64,000 nucleotides of DNA from Gammaproteobacteria bacterium (lineage in GTDB: Bacteria; Pseudomonadota; Gammaproteobacteria; Steroidobacterales; JBFFHS01): contig JBFFHS010000009.1 of assembly GCA_041556855.1 (NCBI GenBank), positions 1,891 through 65,890 of the forward strand. The letters run 5' to 3'. Below the pieces are notes generated by a model. That model was not told the DNA's origin and did not search any database. It saw only the letters and a list, made by a program, of their open reading frames with translations. Made by a program: the position numbers and the translations under genes. Below, in pieces: positions 28,466 to 37,660 of this stretch; within the stretch, counting starts at the first letter, position 1; each line of letters starts with the position of its first letter.

Positions 28466-28683
28466 CTCTCCGTCCCGCAGAGATCCTGCCTCTTGGCCCG
28501 TGGCGTATCTGCTCTAAGGCTTGGTTTGCCTGCGGGAACGGGGGCGGCTCTTATGGGGTCGCGGAAGGTTGATCGTTCACTCAGTGTTCTCGGAAAATTT
28601 TGGCAGGAAGCCCCTAAGCTTCATCGTAGCGTTCTGGTGCCGGGGGAATCCATCGGGGGCAACCTGCCGGGGTTGAAGCATGC

Positions 28684-30294
28684 CTACTCCAATCGGGCGC
28701 GCATCTGGGCGACGGCATTTTCTTCCCACTCCAGGGGTTCAGCGCGAGGTGGAAAGCTCTCGAACCGTTCAGGCACCTTGACGGTCCCGTCGATCATGAT
28801 CTGCTCGCCGTAGGTCTTGAAACCCGTATATCCGGGTATCCCCGATGGGTCTCCCCAGCCGCAGACACCATTCTCTATCGTAATGGCGTCCGAGACCGGC
28901 CAGGAACGCGTCCCAAGCGCCCACATGACGTCGTTGAAGTCATAGGGATTGATATCCGGGCCAACCACGATCAGGTACTTGGTCGGCGGGCCGATGGAGA
29001 ACCCCGGGTTGCCATGCAGGGCCATCAAGACCTGTTTGCCGTAGTAGGGCATCGGCTTGTCCGCGCCGTCGACCGCTAACTGGATGACGGCGACCTCGCG
29101 GCCTCCGCCCACCATAACGACGTCCTTGACCAGGAAGCCAAGGCTGCGCAGGAAATTGATGGCAACCGGCTCACAGTTCATGAATTGCAGGCCCGTGTGA
29201 GGGCCCTCGTGACTACCGACAGCTTCCTCGCCCATGACCGTGCTGGATCCGGAAGAAGAAAAAGTGGTGGCATCCCAGGTGGGATTCTTTCTGTGGGTAA
29301 TGCAGTTCACCTGGAAGATCGGGCAGAGCTCGCCACCGAACAGATAGCCGGAGGCAATATCCTCAGCGTAATCGGACATTCGTTCGTCCCGAGGCAGAAA
29401 CTCACCCTCGATCACCCATTCCGCATGGGCGGGCACCATCAGCCCGGGGATCGTCTCGGCCGGCACTACCGGCACGGGCTTCCCTCTGAAGCTGCCCACG
29501 AAATCGTATTCATCCCCATCCCCGGGCCAGCGAAATTCCCGGATCGCGGCGACGATGTGGATATCCGTGGGGGTATTGGTCACGAAGGCAGCAGGCATCG
29601 ACCGCTGTTTCTTCTTGTAGTTCTCCCGATAATAGCGGCCGGAATTGGAGGTCATGTTGCCTTCGTACATCAGCGTGGCAAACATTTCCCGCTTGACCTT
29701 TTCCGGGGCGTAGGGCGTTTCGGGATTGGCATTCTTCCACTCGTATTGGCCGACGCGCAGCTTGCCCAGGTTGTGGCTACCCGTTTTTTCGTCATACAGA
29801 ATCACAGTGGAATTGCAGGTACTCCAGGGTGCCTGGTTGAATTCCACCCAGCAGACCGGCAGGTGTTTGTGGATGTCAACGTCATCGCCGCGGATGATGA
29901 CCTCCTTGCAGGGCGCCGTCGCCGGATCTACCACCACCGGGGGGATGCGGCGCTCCTTGATCTGGGCCAGGGCCTGGCAGAAGGTGTCTTTGTTGGCGAT
30001 GCCCATGCCCCGCAGTACCCTGGCACGGTTGGGCCAGGGGTTGACAATCACCGGCACATCCGGCCGGTTGTTGACAGGGTTCTCGATCAGGCCGATGGGC
30101 TTGCCCGGCAGCGTATGCAGATAGCGCACCAGGGCTCTGATCTCCGTCTCTGGCTGCTTTCCAGGCACGCCGTTGCCGATGTCTACGATGTTGTCATAGT
30201 CGCCGCATTTAATCGGCTCCTTGATGCGCAACACATAGCCCAGCTCTTCTTCTTCGGCGAGCCATTCACTGAAGGACTCGTAGGGATAGGGCAT
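28684..30294 (-). CDS. UbiD-family decarboxylase/carboxylase, long-form paralog 3
   Basis: 536 aa. N-terminus FSEWLAEEEELGYVLRIKEPIKCGDYD... and later FQVNCITHRKNPTWD resemble the UbiD core (compare ITHR in paralogs 1 and 2). Confidence 0.7.
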   Translation of the reverse strand: MPYPYESFSEWLAEEEELGYVLRIKEPIKCGDYDNIVDIGNGVPGKQPETEIRALVRYLHTLPGKPIGLIENPVNNRPDVPVIVNPWPNRARVLRGMGIANKDTFCQALAQIKERRIPPVVVDPATAPCKEVIIRGDDVDIHKHLPVCWVEFNQAPWSTCNSTVILYDEKTGSHNLGKLRVGQYEWKNANPETPYAPEKVKREMFATLMYEGNMTSNSGRYYRENYKKKQRSMPAAFVTNTPTDIHIVAAIREFRWPGDGDEYDFVGSFRGKPVPVVPAETIPGLMVPAHAEWVIEGEFLPRDERMSDYAEDIASGYLFGGELCPIFQVNCITHRKNPTWDATTFSSSGSSTVMGEEAVGSHEGPHTGLQFMNCEPVAINFLRSLGFLVKDVVMVGGGREVAVIQLAVDGADKPMPYYGKQVLMALHGNPGFSIGPPTKYLIVVGPDINPYDFNDVMWALGTRSWPVSDAITIENGVCGWGDPSGIPGYTGFKTYGEQIMIDGTVKVPERFESFPPRAEPLEWEENAVAQMRARLE

Positions 30295-30343
30295 GATTTC
30301 TCCTTATCGGTAGGGCGAAGCCGCTGCCGTTGTGACTTTCCTG

Positions 30344-31339
30344 CTAGGTGGTGGCTTTCTCCTGGTGGAGAAAGGGTAAATAGAGAGGGTCCACGTCCTG
30401 CACAGGCTCCGTGATCTGATCCAGTTCTGCCACTTCTTCCGGCTTGAGCCGCGCCTGAGTCGCCGACAGGTACAGATCCAGCTGGTCCGGTCGCATGGGC
30501 CCGCTCAACACGGAACTCACGAAGGGTTTGGCCAGCAGCCACATGATGGCCAGTTGACCGACGGGGTAGCCGCGCGCGGCGGCGAAGGCTTCCAACTGTT
30601 CCAGCTTGTCGAAATTGGATTCGTCCAGAGTGTGTTTGTTGATGGTTGGCGGGTTTGCCATCCGGGTGCCCGCAGGCGGCGGATCGCCGCGGCGATACTT
30701 GCCTGTTAGAAAGCCACCATCAAGCCCGCTCCAGGGGAGAACGCCGACGCTATGGCGCTGGCAGCAGGGTATCAGCTCCTCTTCGATGCGCCGATCGATC
30801 ATGTTGTAACGGGCCTGGGCCGTCACGACGGGCCCCACGTTCAGAACCCGGGCCTGCCAGGCAGCATCGCTGATCTGCCAGGCCGCATGATTGGAGAGAC
30901 CCAGGTAACGCACTTTGCCTGCCCGCACCAGATCGTCCAGAGCGCGCAGGGTTTCCTCCACCGGCGTTGCGGGGTCCGGGATGTGCATCTGATATAGATC
31001 CACGTGATCGGTCTGCAGACGCTTCAGGCTGTCTTCCAGGGCGTTGATGATGTGGTAGCGTGAGGATCCGCGATCATTGACGCTATCGCCCATCACACTG
31101 CCAAACTTCGTCGCAAGCACCACCTGATCGCGTCTGCCCTTCAAAGCATGGCCCAGGTAGGTTTCCGACAAGCCGCCACCGTACCAGTTGGCAGTGTCGA
31201 TAAAATTCACGCCATGCTCGAGCGCGTAGTTCACGGTCTGTGTGGATACGGCCTGATCCACGCGTTTACCGAAGTTCCCCGCGCCCAGAGCGATCTCAGA
31301 CACATGAAGGCCGCTATGGCCCAATCTGCGGTATTGCAT
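30344..31339 (-). CDS. aldo/keto reductase
   Basis: MQYRRLGHSGLHVSEIALGAGNFG..., NFIDTANWYGGG, and LGLSNHAAWQ are classic AKR motifs. 331 aa. Confidence 0.85.
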   Translation of the reverse strand: MQYRRLGHSGLHVSEIALGAGNFGKRVDQAVSTQTVNYALEHGVNFIDTANWYGGGLSETYLGHALKGRRDQVVLATKFGSVMGDSVNDRGSSRYHIINALEDSLKRLQTDHVDLYQMHIPDPATPVEETLRALDDLVRAGKVRYLGLSNHAAWQISDAAWQARVLNVGPVVTAQARYNMIDRRIEEELIPCCQRHSVGVLPWSGLDGGFLTGKYRRGDPPPAGTRMANPPTINKHTLDESNFDKLEQLEAFAAARGYPVGQLAIMWLLAKPFVSSVLSGPMRPDQLDLYLSATQARLKPEEVAELDQITEPVQDVDPLYLPFLHQEKATT

Positions 31340-31419
31340 CGCTTACCCTGCCGGTTTTTGCCCACTTATTCTCATACTTGATCCTACCGATGGGTGCTTG
31401 TCTGCGTCGATCCGCATGC

Positions 31420-31434
31420 GTTCGCTATGCGAAA
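31420..31434. promoter_or_regulatory. imperfect copy of the GCGTTCG-N5-CGAAM repeat
   Basis: tGCGTTCGctatgCGAAAc lies in the 208-bp divergent region between the aldo/keto reductase array (minus) and the Mo-enzyme operon (plus). 4 of 5 matches in the right arm. Confidence 0.3.
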
Positions 31435-31547
31435 CACCACCGAGCTCAAGCGCAACCCTTGGAAAAACAATGGCTTTCTTCGAGCGACTTGCAATAGAAT
31501 CCCAACCCGAATGCCCTGCGGTGCAGGGCTGGGGATTCTAATCAGGC

Positions 31548-32453
31548 ATGAAAAACTCGCTCAGCAAGCAGGGTCGCCTGGACTTCACCGTCTCGCCGAA
31601 ACTGCAGACGATCTGGGGGTTCCGCGAAGCGACGGTGTTCGCCCTTGAGGGCTGGGGCGCCAGCCTTTTTGTAGCTTCCATGTTTCTCAACGTGGTTCCG
31701 GGCATGATTGCCGGAGTCGTCCTGCTGATCCTCGCCGTTTTGTTGCTGCTCTCTCATCTGGGCCATCCGTTTCGGGCCTGGATGGCCATCCGCAACGTTC
31801 GCCGCTCGTGGGTGAGTCGCGGCACCGTGACGATTGGCGGGTTCATCGGCTTGGGAACGCTGTATGTCGGCGCACCCCTGGTGCTGGGCTGGGATATGGG
31901 TGAGGGATTGGCCAACGCGGTGCAGCTGGTCATGGTTTTGGCAGGCGGCTTCATCCTGCTATACCCGGGGCTTGCCATGGCCGCCTCGCCCGCCATTCCA
32001 TTCTGGAGTACTGGTTTGCTGCCCGTGCTCTCAATGGCCAACGGGCTGGCCAGTGGCGGGATCGTCGTGCTGATCTACCTCACCATTGAGCCACAGCTGG
32101 AGAGCCAGCTGGGTTCTCTCAACGCTGCCTGGCTGCAACAGACTTGTCTGATCGGCGTCGCGCTGATTACGCTGGTTTACCTGGTGACCATGCGCACCGC
32201 CGGTACTGCCGCGCACCTCTCGGTGAGCTACCTGGTGAAACAGGAGCCGCTGTTGTTCTGGGTCCTGACGGTGGGGGCGGGTATCGTTCTGCCTATAATT
32301 GCGGTCGCGCTTATCTTTAATGCGCCTGTCGCGCCTCTCGGCCTGCTCTGGGTCGGGTTGGTGGCGCGGCTCGTCGGCGATGTCTGTGGACGCTATGCTT
32401 GGCTGAAAGCAGGCATTTTCGATGCGGTGCTGCAACCGACCCGGAGAGTATGA
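31548..32453 (+). CDS. NrfD/DmsC-like polytopic membrane anchor subunit
   Basis: 301 aa with about 8 hydrophobic helices. Stop overlaps the start of the Mo subunit (ATGA at 32450-32453). Confidence 0.65.
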   Translation: MKNSLSKQGRLDFTVSPKLQTIWGFREATVFALEGWGASLFVASMFLNVVPGMIAGVVLLILAVLLLLSHLGHPFRAWMAIRNVRRSWVSRGTVTIGGFIGLGTLYVGAPLVLGWDMGEGLANAVQLVMVLAGGFILLYPGLAMAASPAIPFWSTGLLPVLSMANGLASGGIVVLIYLTIEPQLESQLGSLNAAWLQQTCLIGVALITLVYLVTMRTAGTAAHLSVSYLVKQEPLLFWVLTVGAGIVLPIIAVALIFNAPVAPLGLLWVGLVARLVGDVCGRYAWLKAGIFDAVLQPTRRV

Positions 32454-35011
32454 ACAAAGCAATGTCTGAACAGGGAGCGGCGACCACCGCCAAGGAAGAT
32501 GCCTGGGTGCCGTCCGTATGCATGGGCTGCTACAACTGCTGTGGTATCCGTGTGCATCGTGTCGACGGTCGGGTCGTGAACATCGAAGGCGATCCGGAAG
32601 CGCCTAATTCTCAGGGTCACATCTGCGCCAAGGGCAAGGCGCGGTTCCTGGATCTGTACGATCCCGACCGCCTGCTGCGCCCCCTCAAGCGCACCAATCC
32701 GGAGAAGGGCCTGGGGGTTGATCCCGAGTGGGAGGAAATCTCCTGGGATGAGGCTCTGGATACCATTACCGAGCGGCTGGCCCGGGTGCTGGAAGACGAT
32801 CCGCGAAAATTGGTGATCGCTCATTTCGATATGCCCGGCTATGGCATCAGCAAAGCCTTCGGCGCCGCGTTCGGGACGTCCAATCTGCATTGGAACCGGG
32901 CCGACTATTGCGGCTCTGCGCCTCATGTGGCCAACCTGTTGCTGAATGGCTCCTTCAACGGCGAGCTGGACTTTGAGCGCTGCCGCTACATGGTGCTGTG
33001 GGGCACGCAGCTCGGCGCGATTGTGGAGACCATCCCGCTGCACAGCGCTAACAAGATGGCGGAGGCCCGCGCCAACGGCGCCAAGCTGATCGTCATCGAT
33101 CCATTCTGCGGAAATGCGGCGGCCAAGGCAGACGAATGGGTGCCGCTGAAGCCAGGCACCGACGGCATTCTGGCGCTGGCCATGCTCAACGTGCTGCTCA
33201 ACGAGCATGGGCTTTATGACGCCGGGTTCCTCAAGTCCTTCACCAACGGCCCTTACCTTGTCGGTGCGGATGGCCACTATCTTCGGGACCCGGCAACCGA
33301 CAAACCCTTGATTTGGGATGGCGCTGCCGGCGAGGCCAGGGTGTTTGATGACCCTGCCCTCAGCGAACCCGCGCTGGAAGGGGAGTACACGGTGGCCGGG
33401 CAGGTTGGGCGGCCAGCCTTTCAGGTGCTCAAGGGGCATCTCGAGCAGTACACCCCGGCAGAGGCTGAACGCATCACCACCGTCCCCGCGGCTACCATTC
33501 GCCGCCTTGCTCGGGAATTCGGAGAGGCCGCCTCCATCGGCAGCACCGTCACCATCGATGGCCATGAGTTGCCGCTGCGGCCCGCCGGAATCCATTTCAA
33601 GCGGGGGTCGGGGGCTCATAAGGGCGGCTGCCATACCTCGCTGGCCATCCACATGCTCAACCTCATGGTGGGCAATCTCGACGTGCCCGGTGGCCAGCGT
33701 GGCGTGAATCCGGTCGGACCGTTCTGGGCACCCGAGAAGGACGCCGACGGCATGCTGGTCCCGGCGCAGCACATCGCCAAGTACTTCAAGCCCTATCCGC
33801 CGCGGGAACCGCAGGTGCCGCAGACGCTGGATCTGAATGAGTTGTTCCCGGCATCGCTGTTCACCCGGGGCATGTTTGCCTGGGGCATCTCCGAGCCCGA
33901 GAAGTTCGGTATTCCCTATCGGGCTGAGGTGCTGCTGCAGGGCCGCACCAACCTGATGATGAACAGTCACAACCCACAGGCGATGGCTGAGACGCTGGCC
34001 AAGGTGCCGTTTCAGGTGTCCTTTGCCACCTTTATCGACGAGACCGCCGAGTTCGCAGATATCGTGCTGCCGGACTCACACGACTACGAGCGCTGGGACC
34101 TGTTTCCCGCCAACGATCCCTACGCCTTTATTACGCCGGGTCCCGGAGAGTGGTACTGGCTGATGCGCCAGCAGGCCGTGGCGCCGCCCGGGGAAGCCAA
34201 ACCCTGGACGGATGTCTACCTGGAACTGGCCGACCGGCTGGGTATCATCGACAAGCTCTACGACATTGGTAACGACATCTGGATCATCGACGAGCAGCAC
34301 AAGCTGGACGCCAGCACCAGACCCTCGGTACGGGAGATTGCCGAGCGTCAGGCCAAGACCCTGCTCGGTGACGACTTCAGTCTGGACCAGATATCCGATA
34401 CCGCCTGCATGATTACGCGGGCCAAGACCATTCAGGAGGCCTATCCGCGGCCATTCCTGGATGCCCGCGTGCCGATCTACCTCGAGCATCTGATCGACAC
34501 CGGCGAGAAGGTCAAGCAAGTGACCGATGAGCTGGGCCTTGAATGGGATTTCCGGCCCTATACGCCGTTACTGTCCTACTTCCCCTGCCACGCCCACGAG
34601 CATCCCGACGCCGAGTACGACCTGTTCGTGGTGAACTTCAAGATCCCGTTCATCACCTTCTCTTTGAATCATAACGTCTGGATCGACGAGCTGGCGCAGG
34701 GTAACCCCTACACCTACAACGTGATGTTGAATCGCGCCACCGCCGAGCAGAAAGGTCTCGAAGACGGGGATCGGATCCTGATCGAGTCGCGCTATGCAAA
34801 AGGCGAGGGCACCGTGAAGGTGACCGAGCTGATTCACCCCGAGTGCATCGGCATACCGGCTACTCTTGGTCACTGGGCGCGCAAGCTGGCCTTGTCAAAA
34901 TACAAAGGTACGGCCTTCAACAACTTCCTGCCCGCTCCCAATGTGGACCACATCGATACGCTCAGCGGGCAGACCGATTCATGCACCCGGGTTCGGGTCA
35001 GGAAAATTTAA
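32450..35011 (+). CDS. molybdopterin (bis-MGD) oxidoreductase catalytic subunit, DMSO reductase family, no Tat signal
   Basis: N-terminal FS0 cluster motif CMGCYNCCGIRVH...GHICAKG. 853 aa. No RR motif before the first Cys. Confidence 0.85.
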   Translation: MNKAMSEQGAATTAKEDAWVPSVCMGCYNCCGIRVHRVDGRVVNIEGDPEAPNSQGHICAKGKARFLDLYDPDRLLRPLKRTNPEKGLGVDPEWEEISWDEALDTITERLARVLEDDPRKLVIAHFDMPGYGISKAFGAAFGTSNLHWNRADYCGSAPHVANLLLNGSFNGELDFERCRYMVLWGTQLGAIVETIPLHSANKMAEARANGAKLIVIDPFCGNAAAKADEWVPLKPGTDGILALAMLNVLLNEHGLYDAGFLKSFTNGPYLVGADGHYLRDPATDKPLIWDGAAGEARVFDDPALSEPALEGEYTVAGQVGRPAFQVLKGHLEQYTPAEAERITTVPAATIRRLAREFGEAASIGSTVTIDGHELPLRPAGIHFKRGSGAHKGGCHTSLAIHMLNLMVGNLDVPGGQRGVNPVGPFWAPEKDADGMLVPAQHIAKYFKPYPPREPQVPQTLDLNELFPASLFTRGMFAWGISEPEKFGIPYRAEVLLQGRTNLMMNSHNPQAMAETLAKVPFQVSFATFIDETAEFADIVLPDSHDYERWDLFPANDPYAFITPGPGEWYWLMRQQAVAPPGEAKPWTDVYLELADRLGIIDKLYDIGNDIWIIDEQHKLDASTRPSVREIAERQAKTLLGDDFSLDQISDTACMITRAKTIQEAYPRPFLDARVPIYLEHLIDTGEKVKQVTDELGLEWDFRPYTPLLSYFPCHAHEHPDAEYDLFVVNFKIPFITFSLNHNVWIDELAQGNPYTYNVMLNRATAEQKGLEDGDRILIESRYAKGEGTVKVTELIHPECIGIPATLGHWARKLALSKYKGTAFNNFLPAPNVDHIDTLSGQTDSCTRVRVRKI

Positions 35012-35017
35012 AGGAGA

Positions 35018-35650
35018 ATGCCAGTGCCCAGGTACGGGATGGTCATGGATCTGGACAAGTGCAACGGCTGCAATGCCTGCGTGATTGCCTGTAAGGTGGA
35101 GCACAATACCGCCAACACGGTCAATTTTACCCGCATCCTCGAACGCGAAATCGGCACCTACCCCAACGCCAACCGGCAGTTTCTGCCGGTGATGTGCAAT
35201 CACTGCGAAGATGCATCCTGCATTGATGTCTGCCCCACCAAGGCGACCTACGCGCGCGACAAAGACGGCATCGTGCTGGTGGACTGGGATAAGTGTATTG
35301 GATGCGGCGCCTGTATCCTCGCCTGCCCCTACGAGCAGCGTTTTCAGATCCTGGATAACCGCACCGTTTTCCCGGACGGGCAGACCGCCTTTGACAAGCC
35401 TGATACCAACCGCGCTCCCAACGGGGTCACCGCCAAGTGTGACCTGTGCTACCACCGCATCGACGAGGGCAAGGAGCCGGCCTGCGCCGAGGCATGTCCC
35501 ACGGATGCGCGGATTTTCGGCGTGGTGAGTGAGGACTCGGCGGAGGACGAGACGCCGTTTCAGAACCTCAACGACCTGATCAGCCGGGCGAACGCTTTTT
35601 CCCTGCTGCCGGAGAAGGGCACCAAGCCCTGCGTTTTCTACGTCGGCTGA
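35018..35650 (+). CDS. 4x[4Fe-4S] ferredoxin-type electron-transfer subunit (DmsB/PsrB-like)
   Basis: Four Cys groups: CNGCNACVIAC, CNHCEDASCIDVCP, CIGCGACILACP, CDLCYHR...CAEACP. AAGGAG RBS at 35011-35016. Confidence 0.85.
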   Translation: MPVPRYGMVMDLDKCNGCNACVIACKVEHNTANTVNFTRILEREIGTYPNANRQFLPVMCNHCEDASCIDVCPTKATYARDKDGIVLVDWDKCIGCGACILACPYEQRFQILDNRTVFPDGQTAFDKPDTNRAPNGVTAKCDLCYHRIDEGKEPACAEACPTDARIFGVVSEDSAEDETPFQNLNDLISRANAFSLLPEKGTKPCVFYVG

Positions 35651-35660
35651 AAACCGCTAG

Positions 35661-36503
35661 CTAGACGGAAGAGAGCCGCACCGAGCTCTCGTTCACGGCG
35701 CCATGCGCCTGCGCGGAGCGGCGCTCCGGGGACACCGCCAGGTTGACCTTGTAGTTGAATCGATCGGGTCGGTAGAGCGCGGCGAGATATTCGACGGGCC
35801 TGTTGTGCTGATCAAATATCAGCTCGTTAACGCTCAACAGGGGACTGGCAATATCAACGCCCAGCAGCGGGGCGACTACGGGGTCGGCCAGCACGGCATT
35901 CACGGAATGCTGGGCGCTGGTCAGTTTGATGCCGCTGGACTCGATGAGCTGGAACAGCGGCTTGTTTGCCAGATCCTCGCGCGTATATCCGCTACCGATG
36001 GATTCGGGAACGTAGGAGATGATGTAGGCAAACGGCTTGGTCTTGTAGCTGCGAATGCGCACCGCCATCTGCACGATATCGCCTTCCCGGCCTTCCAGGT
36101 GGATGGCGATATGGGAGGGCGCCTTGATATAGGCGAACTCCAGGACTTCCGCCGCCGTCTGCAGCCCCATCTGATGCTTACTTTCGGTGAGATCGTCTGA
36201 TGGGATTTCCAGGGGCGCGTCGGGCAGCTGCGGCCTGACGCGGGTGCCCTTGCCCCGTTGCCGCACCACGTACCCGGCATCGGCGAGCTCGTTGAGCGCC
36301 CGTTTGGCCGTGATCCGGGAGACGTCATACATCTCCATGAGTTGCTTCTCATTGGGCACCAGCGCGTGAGGCGGGTAGGTGTTGTCGAGAATCTTGCCCC
36401 GGAGGATCAGGAAGATCTGGTGATACAGCGGGGTCTTGGAATCCCGCAGCACGGTGAGGATCTCCTCATATTCCCGATCCCGATGTCGATGAGAGGGTGT
36501 CAT
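35661..36503 (-). CDS. GntR-family (HutC/UTRA subfamily) transcriptional regulator
   Basis: LYHQIFLILRGKILDNTYPPHALVPNEKQLMEMYDVSRITAKRALNELADAGYVVRQRGKGT wHTH plus a UTRA-like C-terminal domain. Confidence 0.85.
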   Translation of the reverse strand: MTPSHRHRDREYEEILTVLRDSKTPLYHQIFLILRGKILDNTYPPHALVPNEKQLMEMYDVSRITAKRALNELADAGYVVRQRGKGTRVRPQLPDAPLEIPSDDLTESKHQMGLQTAAEVLEFAYIKAPSHIAIHLEGREGDIVQMAVRIRSYKTKPFAYIISYVPESIGSGYTREDLANKPLFQLIESSGIKLTSAQHSVNAVLADPVVAPLLGVDIASPLLSVNELIFDQHNRPVEYLAALYRPDRFNYKVNLAVSPERRSAQAHGAVNESSVRLSSV

Positions 36504-36556
36504 GGTCCCCGCCTGGGCGCTGGTTTCATGAGGGATAAGTTTAGATCATTGTCATG

Positions 36557-36570
36557 GTATATGTATATAC
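36557..36570. promoter_or_regulatory. GTATAT-GTATATAC, candidate GntR/HutC operator
   Basis: GTATATAC (36563-36570) is a perfect 8-bp palindrome of the GT-N-AC type, preceded by a direct GTATAT copy. It sits in the AT-rich divergent region between gntR and the XDH-family operon. Confidence 0.4.
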
Positions 36571-36740
36571 TATTTCAAGGCCTTTCAATTACATAGGGTT
36601 AGACGCGTATTTCTGAGATTCAGGTCCTTTACAAAGCGGCTAAAATGGTCGATAGTTATATCATTAGCAGCAGCCGGGGCGCGGCCCGTTCGCGTCGCGG
36701 TCATTTTTTCTGCGCCCCAGGGCGCTGGTTGGGATTGAAC

Positions 36741-37628
36741 ATGCATTTACCGAATTTTGAATACCTGGCCCCCAGGAATCCCGGGGAACTGGCCACCATG
36801 CTGGCGGAGTATGGCAGTGACGCTCGCATCCTCTGCGGGGGCACGGACTTGTTGGTGCAGATGAAGGACTATGCGCACACGCCCAAGTACGTGATCGACA
36901 TCAACAGCCTGGACTCGCTGGCCACCATCAGCTTCGATGAGCAACAGGGGCTTTATATCGGCGCTACCGCGAAAATGGACGAGTTGCTTCTGGTGCCGGT
37001 GGTCAAAGAACGCTATCGGGCCCTGTGGACGGCTACCGAGACCGTCGGCGCCCGGCAGATCCTCAGCATGAGCAGCATTGCCGGCAACATCTGCAACGCC
37101 TCCCCGGCAGCGGACACGCCGCCGGCACTGGCGGCCTTTGATGCCGAGGTCAAGATCAGCAGCAGCGCGGGCAGCCGCACCATGCCCCTCATCGAGTTCA
37201 TCCTGGGCAACAGAAAGACGGCGCTCAAGACTGGCGAGTATCTGGAAAGCATCACGCTGCCGCCGCCCGCCCCTGATTCCGGCAGCGCCTATCAGCATTT
37301 TCGGGTTCGCGGCGGCATGGAGATCGCCATGGTGAGCGCGGCCGTCAGCGTGCAGGTGGATCCGGATACTGGCGCGGTCGTTGATTCGCGAATCATTCTC
37401 GGGGTGGTGGCGCCGACGCCGATTCGGGCCAAGGCTGCTGAGATGATTGTCAACGGACAGGTTCCGAATGAGGAGTCGCTGCGCTCGGCAGCTCAGGCCT
37501 GTGCAGACGCCTCCAAGCCCATCGATGATTTCCGCGCCTCGGCCGACTATCGCAAGGAAGTGCTCAAAGTCCTCTTTGAGCGGGCTTTCGCCGAGGCCTA
37601 TGAGCAGGCTACTGATAGCGGCGCTTAA
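36741..37628 (+). CDS. xanthine dehydrogenase-family FAD-binding (medium, CoxM-like) subunit
   Basis: ILCGGTDLLVQMK and SIAGNICNASPAADTPPAL motifs. ATG at 36741 preferred to the ORF-track start at 36645. Confidence 0.85.
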   Translation: MHLPNFEYLAPRNPGELATMLAEYGSDARILCGGTDLLVQMKDYAHTPKYVIDINSLDSLATISFDEQQGLYIGATAKMDELLLVPVVKERYRALWTATETVGARQILSMSSIAGNICNASPAADTPPALAAFDAEVKISSSAGSRTMPLIEFILGNRKTALKTGEYLESITLPPPAPDSGSAYQHFRVRGGMEIAMVSAAVSVQVDPDTGAVVDSRIILGVVAPTPIRAKAAEMIVNGQVPNEESLRSAAQACADASKPIDDFRASADYRKEVLKVLFERAFAEAYEQATDSGA

Positions 37629-37660
37629 GCGCACCGCGTATTGATCGGGAGTAGATTGAA

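Noticed and set aside
29185-30414. 409-aa plus-strand ORF opposite UbiD paralog 3. Similar long antisense ORFs lie at 51392-52531, 46096-47157, 45108-46070, 4936-5994, 6664-7569 and 15783-16682.
   Set aside because: All are embedded antisense in better-supported genes, and all give Arg/Pro/Gly/His-rich translations without domains. None is reported as a feature.
31340-31547. Possible Moco riboswitch or leader structure upstream of the Mo-enzyme operon, including the hairpin GCCCTGC-GGT-GCAGGGC at 31513-31529
   Set aside because: I could not align the region convincingly to what I remember of the Moco motif; only short ccgag/cccgaa fragments matched. A covariance-model search (Rfam Moco_RNA_motif) would be needed. 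The hairpin alone is not evidence.
32393-33970. 525-aa minus-strand ORF overlapping the molybdopterin subunit
   Set aside because: It is antisense to a CDS with unmistakable FS0 and MGD-family features and has no recognisable motifs. It is a shadow ORF of a GC-rich coding region.
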